Positions 10,300-20,322 of a stretch of DNA of 64,000 nt are shown one piece after another. The notes under the pieces are model-generated. The model was not told where the DNA came from. It saw only the letters and a list, made by a program, of their open reading frames with translations, and searched no databases. Within the stretch, counting starts at the first letter, position 1. Each line of letters opens with the position of its first letter. A program made the translations under genes and the position numbers. Location: positions 23,119-87,118 of the IMG/VR virus record IMGVR_UViG_3300025423_000001; one strand, written 5' to 3'. Origin of the DNA: a virus.

Positions 10300-10452
10300 T
10301 TAACTCCAGTCTTTGATAAAGGCTGCCGCAGATTCTTGTGGGGTGAGGCCCATTTCCTTGTCAAACTCAACGGTTTCACGGTCAAGTTTTATTTCATAAC
10401 CAGTTTCCTTTACCAGCCTTGATACTTCATCATAGTATTCTTCAAGTGTCAT
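10300..10452 (-). CDS. small hypothetical protein (50 aa, not in the ORF track)
   Basis: MTLEEYYDEVSRLVKETG...FIKDWS; ATGA overlap with the primase stop. Confidence 0.6.
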   Translation of the reverse strand: MTLEEYYDEVSRLVKETGYEIKLDRETVEFDKEMGLTPQESAAAFIKDWS

Positions 10453-11399
10453 CTTGTTATAGTTTCCAGCAGCTCTTTAGCCTGCTGCGGTGAATAATCC
10501 CGTGTGAAATCTGATATGTCCTTAGCCTTAGTCTCCACGGGAACGTAGATTTTCGGGTAAGGGTACCATTCTCCACGGTGTTTCATGTCATTGTCAAATA
10601 GCACCAGCTTCCGCTTGTAGTGTGCATCAGCCCAATTGAAAAATGCTTCTGGCATCGGTGTGTTCTCACTCCTTGGAGCCACAGCCTCATAGCCAAAACT
10701 TCTCAGGCACATTACATCTTTCATGCTCTTGGTGATGATGAGTGTGTCTGTGTCGTGTTTCAATTGTTCCATGCCCATCACGTAGTTTTCCTTCAAGTCA
10801 TTCCTGAACTTGTTACCTTTCTGGGCAAGTGGAAAATACAGCTGGTAGCGGTCGTAGATGCGGTAGACGTAGGACTGTGGTGGTGCGAACACCGGTGCTT
10901 TTTGACTGGGTGTCATCCAGTAACAGTAGAGAGGGCTTGTTCGGTACATCGAAAGCTCTGTCTGGCTGATGTTAAACTGTCCCCACCACTTCAAATCTGG
11001 CTGTGTAAGTGCACGGGGCCGGATACGTATGTCAGCCGAGTCTTTGTATGTGGGTCTATGCCTCACTATCTTAGGGCTGGCCTCCATTTGCCCGCCTAAG
11101 CCGAAATCACTCTTAATGCGTGCCACAGCCTCCCACTCAGTTAGGTAGCCATACAGTTTCTTTACAAGCTGAATGATTTCTCCACGTTCTCCCCTACCAC
11201 CACTATCCTTCCACAGAAACTCTCGGTCTGGATACTTCAGGGAAGGATAGATGGCAAAAGAGGGTGTTTCATCATCGTCACGCAACGGAGACAAGTAATT
11301 CTGCTTTATGTCAGGCTCAAACTCTAAGTAATGGCAGTACAATGTGTACTCATCCACGAACTCGAGAATGTTGTCTACATCAATTAGAGTAGTCCCCAT
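10449..11399 (-). CDS. DNA primase (crAss-type, TOPRIM)
   Basis: SPLRDDDETPSF, IITKSMKDVMCL, LFDND. Confidence 0.85.
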   Translation of the reverse strand: MGTTLIDVDNILEFVDEYTLYCHYLEFEPDIKQNYLSPLRDDDETPSFAIYPSLKYPDREFLWKDSGGRGERGEIIQLVKKLYGYLTEWEAVARIKSDFGLGGQMEASPKIVRHRPTYKDSADIRIRPRALTQPDLKWWGQFNISQTELSMYRTSPLYCYWMTPSQKAPVFAPPQSYVYRIYDRYQLYFPLAQKGNKFRNDLKENYVMGMEQLKHDTDTLIITKSMKDVMCLRSFGYEAVAPRSENTPMPEAFFNWADAHYKRKLVLFDNDMKHRGEWYPYPKIYVPVETKAKDISDFTRDYSPQQAKELLETITR

Positions 11400-11418
11400 A
11401 GGATAGAAAGTAAACGGA

Positions 11419-12123
11419 TTAAGCAAACGGGTTCGTGGCCTCGGCAGCTGCCGCTGTAGAGCCACTTTTCTTCTCAGCCTTATCAACTGAAGAAGGGGTG
11501 GGGTCATCTAATCCGTTGTCAATTTCCCATTTGCTAAATTTCACCTTGCTCTGTTCGGCAGGTATGTTGGCATGTTCCACAAACGTCTCGGCAAATTTGC
11601 CTGGGTCAGGAATGGTAGCGAAGTGCTTTTCCTTGCTCTGGCGTATCAGCTTGAAACGGAGTGGTGTGGTTTTGTCGTTCTGGAACGGTGCTATCAGTTG
11701 CACGAACCGGCCAGCGAGGTTGTCGTAGATACGGTTCAACACGTCTTGGTCAAGAATGCGTGTTTCGTAGTTTTCTGGGGTAACGCCCGTGCCTGCAAAT
11801 TGAATGTCAAAGTTATTCAAGTCAATGGCGTCAGTGGTAAGGAACTGCTCAAGTATCTGTGTAAGGATATTCTTGAGCTTCTTCAAGTCCCTGTGCAGCA
11901 TTTCTGCCTTTTGGGCCTGTGTCATTTCCTCTTTCTTAGGTAGCAACGGCCCGAATATCTGCAAGGAAAGGTTTGAGCTGTCACCTACCACGCCCGCTGT
12001 CAGGGCCTCGTCAAACAGGCTCTTCTTACTCGCCTCTGCAAGCTCGATTACCAGCCTTTTCTTGTCATTGATTACTGCACTCTTGATTACAACGTTGTTG
12101 TTGATGCCGACTGTGATTGCCAT
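11419..12123 (-). CDS. putative ssDNA-binding protein
   Basis: Directly upstream of primase; flexible tail ending TNPFA; inferred from position and tail only. Confidence 0.45.
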   Translation of the reverse strand: MAITVGINNNVVIKSAVINDKKRLVIELAEASKKSLFDEALTAGVVGDSSNLSLQIFGPLLPKKEEMTQAQKAEMLHRDLKKLKNILTQILEQFLTTDAIDLNNFDIQFAGTGVTPENYETRILDQDVLNRIYDNLAGRFVQLIAPFQNDKTTPLRFKLIRQSKEKHFATIPDPGKFAETFVEHANIPAEQSKVKFSKWEIDNGLDDPTPSSVDKAEKKSGSTAAAAEATNPFA

Positions 12124-12165
12124 ACTGTATGTATTGGATTTGCGAATTACGAATTGTGAATTTGT

Positions 12166-12201
12166 AAAAGGAATGGACGGCTAAGTTACTGCCGTCCATT
12201 C
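12166..12201 (-). terminator. intrinsic terminator-like hairpin
   Basis: 11-bp stem GAATGGACGGC/GCCGTCCATTC followed by CTTTT. Confidence 0.65.
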
Positions 12202-12211
12202 TGAAAATGCA

Positions 12212-12985
12212 TTACTCAAATGGGTTGGCAGAAACGGCCATAGCTGCCGCTTCCACTTCCACATCTTCTGCTTCTTGCTGGTTATCAGCCAGTTGTGCCG
12301 CGTTTTGAGCGTCGCCGTCAGCTACAGGCTGTATAGAGCTTAATGGTACCAAAGCGTAAAACGCTGTGTTCTCCCTGCGTTGGGTTGTCACTTGGCCGGC
12401 GTTTTTGCCGCGGCTTACTTTCTTGGGTATGTTAGTGATGGACTTAGCCCAAGGCAAGCCAGTGGCAGGGTTAGCCACAAGCACCAGGTCTACATACTCA
12501 GCACCTGCTACCTCAGCCTGGGCCGGGGTACCGTCTTTGGCTTCCATAGCAGGTTTGTAAAACGTTAGGCCATAGATGTCTTCCACTAACGGTATCAATT
12601 CATCCATACCGAAAGTTTTGGCACCCTGGTCAAGCACTGAGGCTTTAGGTTTGCCAGTCTCTTCGTAGGTAGTGCTTGCAAACAAGTCTACTTTGGGCTG
12701 GTTGCGACTCACTGGGTTTACCAACAGGATACGCTTGGGTGTGGCAAAATGCGGATACAAGTTAGTGTCAATCACATCAAAGCCGTAGCCCACAAATGGA
12801 CTGCTCTTATCTGTGTATTCAAGCTGGAACTTTTCTACCAGCTCGGCTGAAGGATACACGCTTCCGTCACGGAATACGCGGATGGCAAGCCCCTCTGGGT
12901 TGCGTTGCTTTTTGGCCGGTGCCTTACGTGTTGATGTCTGCTCTGCTACATCGCTGAGTGTAGCGCTCATTAGGAAATCTAACAT
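12212..12985 (-). CDS. hypothetical protein with acidic tail
   Basis: 257 aa ORF ending ANPFE. Confidence 0.75.
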   Translation of the reverse strand: MLDFLMSATLSDVAEQTSTRKAPAKKQRNPEGLAIRVFRDGSVYPSAELVEKFQLEYTDKSSPFVGYGFDVIDTNLYPHFATPKRILLVNPVSRNQPKVDLFASTTYEETGKPKASVLDQGAKTFGMDELIPLVEDIYGLTFYKPAMEAKDGTPAQAEVAGAEYVDLVLVANPATGLPWAKSITNIPKKVSRGKNAGQVTTQRRENTAFYALVPLSSIQPVADGDAQNAAQLADNQQEAEDVEVEAAAMAVSANPFE

Positions 12986-13029
12986 ATACTTGAAATTGAA
13001 AACTGAATGATTAATGAATTGGCTGTGGC

Positions 13030-13623
13030 TTAATAAACCTTGCCGTGTTTATGTGGGCGGGATTGGTTGTACCTGAGCTTCCAAGCTACGTGCTGTTCAA
13101 GGTTGATGTTGTACCAAGTACAGAATTTGAAAATAACTGCCAGTACATATCCCCATTGACAGATTGCATTGTGCTTATTCATCATTAACACAACTACATC
13201 TACAATACGAAGAACATCAGCGGCAAAGTTTCCAGAAGATTCTCCTGTAACATTGTGGTCTTCTAAAGGAATTTCAAAACCATGACAGTAGTCCAGGATA
13301 CGGATTACAGTGTCAGCAATTTCATCTTCCACTGTGTCTTTCACTGTACTTAAGAAGCAATCAAGCCACTCAGCATCTGTGTTTACAGAAGACAGAAGAC
13401 TATATTCTGCTGTACTGATTTCGCCACGTAAGAACTTTAATGCTTGATGGTTTTTGTCAGCCAAAGCCCTCCGTCCTTTTCTGTCAGCTTCTACAGCTTC
13501 ACTCAGTTCAGTGATAATCAGCATCACCATTTCGCCTTTGTTACGGTCTTGCCCGGCTTCCCAAAAGCCTTTGGCTACATTGGTGTCGTAAATTTCCTTT
13601 TGGAATTTTAGTATATTTTGCAT
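13030..13623 (-). CDS. mazG: MazG-like nucleotide pyrophosphohydrolase
   Basis: MLIITELSEAVEADRK, EDEIADTVIRILD, KLRYNQSRPHKHGK. Confidence 0.85.
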   Translation of the reverse strand: MQNILKFQKEIYDTNVAKGFWEAGQDRNKGEMVMLIITELSEAVEADRKGRRALADKNHQALKFLRGEISTAEYSLLSSVNTDAEWLDCFLSTVKDTVEDEIADTVIRILDYCHGFEIPLEDHNVTGESSGNFAADVLRIVDVVVLMMNKHNAICQWGYVLAVIFKFCTWYNINLEQHVAWKLRYNQSRPHKHGKVY

Positions 13624-13624
13624 A

Positions 13625-13786
13625 CTATGCTTGTTTAATTACACGGCTGCTGGCCGAATTGCGGCTGAACATGCGGTGTGTGTTGAACTCTGCCAGCACA
13701 ATGCGTGGGAACCAGAGCAGGAATGATGTGATACGCTGCCCGAACTCGTTACGGGAGTCAGCGATGACTTTAGCTTCTATGGCCAT
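13625..13786 (-). pseudogene. thyX: truncated flavin-dependent thymidylate synthase (first 53 aa only)
   Basis: MAIEAKVIADSRNEFGQRITSFLLWFPRIVLAEFNTHRMFSRNSASSR, then VIKQA and a stop. Confidence 0.8.
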
Positions 13787-13788
13787 GG

Positions 13789-14643
13789 TTAAGCGAATAT
13801 AGCTTTCGAAATTTTTAAGGCTGATTTAACTCCTTCAGGTAGAGCAGAGTTTGCTGGCGCTGCAGACAAAGTAGCTGGGTCAATTCCAAATACCTCCGGG
13901 TAGATGGTAGTCCAACTGAATGGCAAGTCTTTACCAGCCAAATACTTCTGTCTGGCACCCATCACTGCACCATCGTAGGTTTGGAATGACATCCTCAGTT
14001 CGCCTTTGTTGTTGCGGTAGAGGTATGTGATGGCATCTGCCCGCGCACATACAATAGATGAAAGCTTACCGGTGAGGGAAATGTCATTCACTTTCACTTC
14101 AGCTCCATCTTTCGTGGCTATCAGCTTTTCCTTCACATGTACAATCAGGATGAGGTACGGGCAACAGGCTGCGTAAGCATCTATCACATCCATCACTTCC
14201 TGGCGTAAGTAGTAATAGCCGCCCCCATTGGGCAGTTCCAATACAGACCGCCCTTTGAACGATTTGCCGATGGTGGTTTCTTTGTAAGCTTCAGTGGCAG
14301 ATAGCTCGGCCATGTCTTCCACAGCATCTATCGTGTCAATGGCTATGAATGTATACGGAAACTGGGCTAAGCCTGGCTTACCTACCAGCTTGGCTCCGGC
14401 ATCTTTAATCAGCTTTGGTACGTATTTTACCTGGGCCATATTGTCAACCTTCATGGCTGTGGTCTCATAGGTGTCTGTGCCATGAGGCTGCTCAGCGTCC
14501 ACAATAAGGCAGTCAGCCATCTTGGCTAACTCTGTAAGTTGCTCTGTCTTTCCCACCTTGGGAAGGCTGTACATGATAAGGATTTTAGGGCCAATCCTTG
14601 TGGCCTTGACGGGGTTAGCCCGTGTTGGGAGTGTTACGCTCAT
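13789..14643 (-). CDS. AAA-family ATPase (Sak4/AAA_24-like)
   Basis: YSLPKVGKT Walker A, IAIDTID Walker B, LIVH, ADAITYL. Confidence 0.8.
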   Translation of the reverse strand: MSVTLPTRANPVKATRIGPKILIMYSLPKVGKTEQLTELAKMADCLIVDAEQPHGTDTYETTAMKVDNMAQVKYVPKLIKDAGAKLVGKPGLAQFPYTFIAIDTIDAVEDMAELSATEAYKETTIGKSFKGRSVLELPNGGGYYYLRQEVMDVIDAYAACCPYLILIVHVKEKLIATKDGAEVKVNDISLTGKLSSIVCARADAITYLYRNNKGELRMSFQTYDGAVMGARQKYLAGKDLPFSWTTIYPEVFGIDPATLSAAPANSALPEGVKSALKISKAIFA

Positions 14644-15824
14644 AATGTGTCTAATCGTTTAGCTTCGTCAATGAAGAATTGTAAGGCTGGGTCTAAAGGA
14701 TGCTCAGGTAAGTCCCAGAACATCCCGGCTATTGGGTTCATAAACAAGGGAAACATCTTGTCTGCAGGGCCGTATCTATTTTTCATGAGATAGGCTGCCA
14801 GTAGATGCGATTGTAAGTCGTCAACTGTATAACCGTGGAAGGTCTTTAGGTTATATTGTATAGGCTTCACTAAGCCTATTACAACATCCCCATCGCGATA
14901 AGTGTATGAGCTGTCGCCAAAATCTAATCTCTGTGGAGCAATAGCTACCTCAGTTCGCTTTTGCTCCCTGTAAGCACTCATCATGCTTGTGGAGAACTGC
15001 TGGATTTGAACAATTGTAGCTTGAAAGATATTACGGAGCTGTACAGAGTACATACTCCACCTATCCATGATTGCTTTGGTGTTGATAGCTCCAGCTTCCA
15101 CGTTGATAAGCGCCAAATGGTCTACTACCACAAGAGTGAAAGCCCGGGGGTCGTTAGGTTTAAAGCTGCGTATCATGCCTTTCTTCTTACCTTCCTTCGG
15201 CACATCACGAATGACAGTGCCTATCTTCTCGTAGTGGTCTTCAATCAGCTTATTCAGCATGCCTGTAGGATGTAGCATGTGGTCAATGATGTCAATGTCT
15301 TGTAACATCTCCTCTACCATAGCATACCCCCTAAGCACCATCCGCAGATGCACGTCGGACAAAGGCTGTCCAGGAATACGACCTAAGATGTAGTCAGAGG
15401 ATAAATCTGCTTTGTACATACGCTTAATCCATTGGCACACCCATCTGGCTTTCTTTTCTGTAGCTGAAATCTCAAAGCTGAAGTACTTCACATACAGCTT
15501 GATACCCAGCCTTTTGCAGGCAATCCAGAGGGAAAACAGGTACATAAAGTCTGCAATAGTGGTCTTACCGACGCCGCTGTCAGCCCCGATAAGGATATAC
15601 CTACCCCTGTGTGTGCCGTGGATGTATTTGTTAATATCCTTCAAACCATTGTCCAACCCTTCATTCAAGCCTTGCCTGCCACGGTTCACAGTGTCAATGA
15701 ACGTGTCCTCCTTCTTAACAGCCCACTGCTTTTCTAACTCAGCCCATTCAACCTCTTCATCAGGAATTTCCCATGTGACCTTTGGCTTAGCCCCGCCTAT
15801 ACCGGTTGAATTCTGTGTTTCCAT
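14640..15824 (-). CDS. DnaB-like replicative helicase
   Basis: GADSGVGKT, FSFEIS, VVVDHLAL, KNRYG. Confidence 0.85.
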   Translation of the reverse strand: METQNSTGIGGAKPKVTWEIPDEEVEWAELEKQWAVKKEDTFIDTVNRGRQGLNEGLDNGLKDINKYIHGTHRGRYILIGADSGVGKTTIADFMYLFSLWIACKRLGIKLYVKYFSFEISATEKKARWVCQWIKRMYKADLSSDYILGRIPGQPLSDVHLRMVLRGYAMVEEMLQDIDIIDHMLHPTGMLNKLIEDHYEKIGTVIRDVPKEGKKKGMIRSFKPNDPRAFTLVVVDHLALINVEAGAINTKAIMDRWSMYSVQLRNIFQATIVQIQQFSTSMMSAYREQKRTEVAIAPQRLDFGDSSYTYRDGDVVIGLVKPIQYNLKTFHGYTVDDLQSHLLAAYLMKNRYGPADKMFPLFMNPIAGMFWDLPEHPLDPALQFFIDEAKRLDTL

Positions 15825-16323
15825 CTATCTCTTGTTTAATGTGTTCCTCAATTCTCCCGTCTGCGGCTGAAGCCAGCAGGGCCTGATAATCGCTCCTCCA
15901 CAGCCCGTCAACGATGTATCGGCTGATGGTGACAGCATAGCTCTTGTGTGTCTTGTAATACAGCAGTGTGCTTTTAACCAGCACCGGATACTTGACACCC
16001 TCACGTTCCACCATCTTCCTGAAGGCTTTCATGGCAGGCTCGCTGTACTTGTTTAGGTCGTAGCTACCGTCTTTGCCTTCACAGCGCTGTGGCACTTCGG
16101 CTTCGAGGATGAACCTTGTGTACAAGGCTGGCCAATCAGTCGTGGAAGCGATAGCCGGCAAGGGGTGTTCTGCTACCACCGGGCCGCTCGGAAGCATCAC
16201 CAGTCCCGTCTCCAGCCCTGTCATCTCCTTCATGAACTTGGCCGTCACCTTGTACTTCCCCTTGATGCACACCATGTACTGGTTGTCCATCAGGTACTGA
16301 ACTGCTTGTTGTAGGTTGTTCAT
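15787..16323 (-). CDS. hypothetical protein upstream of the helicase
   Basis: ATG at 16323 (MNNLQQAV). Confidence 0.7.
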   Translation of the reverse strand: MNNLQQAVQYLMDNQYMVCIKGKYKVTAKFMKEMTGLETGLVMLPSGPVVAEHPLPAIASTTDWPALYTRFILEAEVPQRCEGKDGSYDLNKYSEPAMKAFRKMVEREGVKYPVLVKSTLLYYKTHKSYAVTISRYIVDGLWRSDYQALLASAADGRIEEHIKQEIDGNTEFNRYRRG

Positions 16324-16510
16324 CTTCTTCGTCTGCGAGTTGTATGTCAGTAAGTGTATAACAATCCCACCAACGTTTTCGACACGAGTCACACTGTACA
16401 GGTAATGCCCTAGCATCCCAATCCATGTGCCCTGCTGAAATCTCTGAATTGTGACAGTAAGGGCAGTAAGTTGGGTCGGCTAAGTATGCTGCTTTTTGCT
16501 CTGGTGTCAT
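16136..16510 (-). CDS. zinc-ribbon protein
   Basis: CPYC and CDSC; ATGA-coupled to the upstream gene. Confidence 0.6.
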   Translation of the reverse strand: MTPEQKAAYLADPTYCPYCHNSEISAGHMDWDARALPVQCDSCRKRWWDCYTLTDIQLADEEDEQPTTSSSVPDGQPVHGVHQGEVQGDGQVHEGDDRAGDGTGDASERPGGSRTPLAGYRFHD

Positions 16511-17730
16511 GCTGGTACGCTTTTGTGTGAGTAATATTTTACCTTCTGGGAATCAAACCCCTCTAAACTCTTCTCCAGCCATCTCTCATCGGCTGTGTTC
16601 TGTACAACCAGGATGTAGATGATTGCCTTTCCGTTAAGTCCCAGGCGGAGGTTCCTTCCCACTCTTTGGGTGATGGAACGCTCATTGCTGTCAACCTGAA
16701 TGACAAGGCTCTGGTCTAAGTCTGTAAAATTTATACCCTCATTCGCCGCGTTCACCACACCAAGTATATCCAGTTCCTTCTTGTTAAAGGCTGTGTAAGC
16801 TTGGCTATTACTCTTGCTATGGTACACGGCTTCCCCCAGTAACTCGTTGGCCTGGTCTATGCTTCCGCAGAATACCAGTGTCCTCTTGCCATCCCTGATA
16901 GCCTTAATGCAACGTGCGGCAAGGTTTGTTTTGGTAGCAGAGTTATAGATAAACCGGTTGCGTGCCATCGTGGCAAACATAGCCAGGTTGTCAAGCTTAG
17001 CTTTCTTAGCTGGTACAGGTTCTCTGGCAGCCAACATGCGCCACTTCTTTATCTGCTTCTCGAGGTACTCGTAGTGCTTGGCCTCCGTGGTCATGAAAGG
17101 CTTGTCCTTCGTACCAGCAAGGATGTTCTTCCGGCTGTCGTCCAGCACGGTTTGTATGACACGAATCTCGTAGTCCCGTATCATCCCATCGCTCACACCT
17201 TGGTCAAGGCTGTATGTGAAGACGACAGGGGCAATCTGGGCTATGATACGTGCTTTGTCTGGGTCACGCTTCGGGTCTGGGACGGTAGCAGTGAGGCCCA
17301 TCACGGCTTCTGCAAGATTGGCTGCCAAGAAGGTCACGAGGGTATTGACTCCGGTTTCCTTGAAGGCTTGGGCTGAGAGAGATGTGAGCCTATGTACCTC
17401 ATCGAGTATCACCAGCTTGTACTTCTTGCCCATCTCATTCTTGAGGGAAGCAAAGCAGATAGCTTTGACACCATCCCATAGAGGTTTTACACCCCAAGCT
17501 TCAAACTCAGTCGGCCAGTTTTCATCTCGCAACTTTTCAGTAGGCGTGACAATTAGCACAGGCTGCCCCTTACAAGCACAATCTTCTAACAGCCTTTTTA
17601 CCTCCATCACAGCTACCCTGCTCTTGCCAAACCCCGTCCCAGCCACGATACTCCCGACTCTACCAGCAGCGACCCACGCTGCGTGAGCCTGCTGCTGGAT
17701 TTCGTCCTTAACTTGGTTTACTGGCTTCAT
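16507..17730 (-). CDS. superfamily 2 helicase
   Basis: GTGFGKS, LDEVH, GLTAT, QRVGRNLR. Confidence 0.9.
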   Translation of the reverse strand: MKPVNQVKDEIQQQAHAAWVAAGRVGSIVAGTGFGKSRVAVMEVKRLLEDCACKGQPVLIVTPTEKLRDENWPTEFEAWGVKPLWDGVKAICFASLKNEMGKKYKLVILDEVHRLTSLSAQAFKETGVNTLVTFLAANLAEAVMGLTATVPDPKRDPDKARIIAQIAPVVFTYSLDQGVSDGMIRDYEIRVIQTVLDDSRKNILAGTKDKPFMTTEAKHYEYLEKQIKKWRMLAAREPVPAKKAKLDNLAMFATMARNRFIYNSATKTNLAARCIKAIRDGKRTLVFCGSIDQANELLGEAVYHSKSNSQAYTAFNKKELDILGVVNAANEGINFTDLDQSLVIQVDSNERSITQRVGRNLRLGLNGKAIIYILVVQNTADERWLEKSLEGFDSQKVKYYSHKSVPA

Positions 17731-17884
17731 TCTTTTGCTGTTTAAGTTCCTGCTTACGTTGTTTGGCTGCAGTGCGGAAATAAGCGTAATTGTACTCGTC
17801 AAAGCCAAATGCCTTACGAGCTTTCCATTCAAGCCAGTGTACGATGAACTGGCTGTCTACCCACCACGGTATGTAACGTTCCAT
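17708..17884 (-). CDS. small hypothetical protein
   Basis: Fills the operon gap with coupled start and stop. Confidence 0.5.
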   Translation of the reverse strand: MERYIPWWVDSQFIVHWLEWKARKAFGFDEYNYAYFRTAAKQRKQELKQQKNEASKPS

Positions 17885-18570
17885 CACCATCCCTCCATAG
17901 GAAATTCGAGGTACACTTGTACCTGGTTCCTGATTTCGTTAGTAATCTGGTTCTGTCTGTCAGTGTTACGTGACAATCTGCCAAACCATCTCCAGCCGTT
18001 ACCTGTAGCCTTCACACCGCTGTGAAATGTCTGCCAGTCAAAGTACAGCAGTTTACCACTTGGGGATGAATACTCCTCAAGCTGGCCTTCAGCTATCAGT
18101 TTGTTTACCTCAAGGTGCCACCTGCGGTAGATAAGTTCTCCCTCAGGAATAGCTGGCATGGTACATTGACCAAGGGCAAACTTTGTGGGACAGATGTCTC
18201 CATTCACCAGCCCGAGAATATGTTCAGACTCGTAACGTGGATTATCGTAATCAGGCTGCCCGGCTGTGATGAAATGCTGTCCCGGTGGGATGGCTGGACG
18301 TGGTACGTCGTCATGGTGCCAACCTGGAATGGCTGGGTACCATCCCGGCATCAGCATGTGTACCCGGCTGTCAAACACTGCTGTTTCCCATCCTTCGGGA
18401 AGGGCATCTAAAAAGCAGCGTGTAACAACGCCCCCGTGTTCCTTAGCGTAGGCAACACTAGCGTTGAAAAACATGGGCTCACACTTGATAGTGTCTTGTG
18501 AGAAACCGCTGTAGAAAGTTCCAACCTCCTTCACGGAGGATATGAATACTTTGTCTGTTGTTGCTGCCAT
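17884..18570 (-). CDS. putative 2OG-Fe(II) dioxygenase-fold protein
   Basis: PGWHHD (HxD), distal FH, WRWFGR. Confidence 0.55.
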   Translation of the reverse strand: MAATTDKVFISSVKEVGTFYSGFSQDTIKCEPMFFNASVAYAKEHGGVVTRCFLDALPEGWETAVFDSRVHMLMPGWYPAIPGWHHDDVPRPAIPPGQHFITAGQPDYDNPRYESEHILGLVNGDICPTKFALGQCTMPAIPEGELIYRRWHLEVNKLIAEGQLEEYSSPSGKLLYFDWQTFHSGVKATGNGWRWFGRLSRNTDRQNQITNEIRNQVQVYLEFPMEGW

Positions 18571-18574
18571 AGCT

Positions 18575-20014
18575 TTAAGGTTCGATGAATAATGTGTTTC
18601 TAGCCCGTGTGCAGGCTACATAAAGTATTCTGTTACGTTCCTCAATGTTGCGGTTGTAGTCGATGTCCCACTTCAGCACAAGGCAGTTGTCGTACGTTGA
18701 GCCTTGGCTCTTGTGGCCAGTCAGGCAGTAGTTGTACTTGACCCATGCAAAGCTTTCAAGTACATTGAAGTACTGTCGCCATCTGGCAGCCTTGAACTGG
18801 TATGGAGCTTCAAGCGACCATGTGCGCATGTTGTTGAGAAGCCCGGTAAGACGGCTCTTGTCAGACTCGTGTATGATGGGTATAGTAGCACTTCTTTCTC
18901 TACCATCTGTATACCAGATGCCCTTGGCATAATAGCAGAGGAAGCTGTCAAGCCTCTTGGCTTGTGTTTCGTCATTGTACTCGACTTTCTTAGAGCCTGT
19001 ACTAAGGTTGACAACTTCTATCTCTTCGTTGCTGGTAATGATGTTCTTGGCGCTCAGTACGAACGGTGCATCCATTATCAGCCTCTCACCTTGCATAATG
19101 TCAGCCACATGGGCTTCATCACGGTAAATGATGTGCCGGATGATTTCATTGTACTTATCCACCGTTGTATTACGCCAAGCCACTACTTTCATGTAGTCTG
19201 GGTCATCTTCGAACTCCTTGCAGGCGAAGTATTCTTGCAGCAATGCTGTTTCTTCATCATCTGCATGGCTGATAAGCCTGATGCCTTCGCCGTTGTTCAG
19301 TAGGTGTTGGCTGGGTGTGAAAGAACCAGATTCATAGTCTGAACGTATGGCTGTGGCAAACTCAAGGATGGGGTTACCATCTTTCTGCCGCATGGTCTGG
19401 CTCAGCTCGGCCACTACAGCTCCCCACTTCTCCGCGTACAGGAAAGGAATGCTATCCTTTTCCTTAACTGGGGGAATTTGGGCTGGGTCACCAATAAACA
19501 CTACTTTCAGCCCTTTCTTCATCCATGGCACCATCCTGTCAAACAACTCCTTGGCCAGCATACTTGTCTCATCAAGAAATAGCACTTCCAAGTCTGCGAT
19601 AGGCTCTTCACCAGCTTTGAGCTTGTCTGGGATGTAGATACGCTTACCAGTGAGGTGGTCTGTGTTTTCTTTCAGTGCCAAAGCACTGTGTAGTGTACGG
19701 TAATCCACCCCCAGAATACCTTGCCGCTTTAGCACTTTCACAGCCTTATGGGTCGGCGCACACACCCCTATCGGGCCAATCCTTAACGTTTTCAAGCTGT
19801 CCACCAGCTTACCGACGGTGACACTCTTACCAGTGCCGGCAAAGCCCTTCAGCACTGCAAACGGGGCCGGTGTACTACCCGTGAGGTAAGAGAGTAGCTT
19901 GGTGTGTGCTTCTTGCTGGTGCGGGGTTAGTGTGATTTCCGGCACGGCGGGGGCTGGAGTTGAGGAACTTAGCTGGATATTCCCTGGCTGGATTAAGTCT
20001 GTTGTAATGCTCAT
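18575..20014 (-). CDS. Dda/RecD-like SF1B helicase
   Basis: GFAGTGKS, APTHKA, DETSM, GDPAQIPPV, HKSQGSTY, YVACTRAR. Confidence 0.92.
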   Translation of the reverse strand: MSITTDLIQPGNIQLSSSTPAPAVPEITLTPHQQEAHTKLLSYLTGSTPAPFAVLKGFAGTGKSVTVGKLVDSLKTLRIGPIGVCAPTHKAVKVLKRQGILGVDYRTLHSALALKENTDHLTGKRIYIPDKLKAGEEPIADLEVLFLDETSMLAKELFDRMVPWMKKGLKVVFIGDPAQIPPVKEKDSIPFLYAEKWGAVVAELSQTMRQKDGNPILEFATAIRSDYESGSFTPSQHLLNNGEGIRLISHADDEETALLQEYFACKEFEDDPDYMKVVAWRNTTVDKYNEIIRHIIYRDEAHVADIMQGERLIMDAPFVLSAKNIITSNEEIEVVNLSTGSKKVEYNDETQAKRLDSFLCYYAKGIWYTDGRERSATIPIIHESDKSRLTGLLNNMRTWSLEAPYQFKAARWRQYFNVLESFAWVKYNYCLTGHKSQGSTYDNCLVLKWDIDYNRNIEERNRILYVACTRARNTLFIEP

Positions 20015-20318
20015 GTAGGAATGCTTTTAAGTCGGATTTACGAATGAAATAAATGCCGGGCTCCATTGGGTGTTCAGCCTCTTTGTTCTCAAAGTAGCCT
20101 TTGGCCCTCACCATCACAGCAAATCCTGTGAGTCTTTTGGCTCTGGCCACGCTACTGTCTGTGCATTCAAGCAAGAATGCATAACCTTCTTCAAGTTTGT
20201 CTTGACATGCATCACAGGTGTGTTCTTTACCCCTGCCACAGCAACGGCACGACGGGTCTAAGGTTTCTACTTTAATGAACTTCTGTGTCTTGGGCAGAGT
20301 GTGTGTTGAGGTTTCCAT
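19875..20318 (-). CDS. hypothetical Cys-rich protein
   Basis: CRCCG and CDAC pairs. Confidence 0.6.
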   Translation of the reverse strand: METSTHTLPKTQKFIKVETLDPSCRCCGRGKEHTCDACQDKLEEGYAFLLECTDSSVARAKRLTGFAVMVRAKGYFENKEAEHPMEPGIYFIRKSDLKAFLHEHYNRLNPAREYPAKFLNSSPRRAGNHTNPAPARSTHQATLLPHG

Positions 20319-20322
20319 TTCG

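Noticed and set aside
13560-13645. Intron or TAG read-through continuing thyX
   Set aside because: No P1 or core intron elements, and the read-through frame has no ThyX similarity
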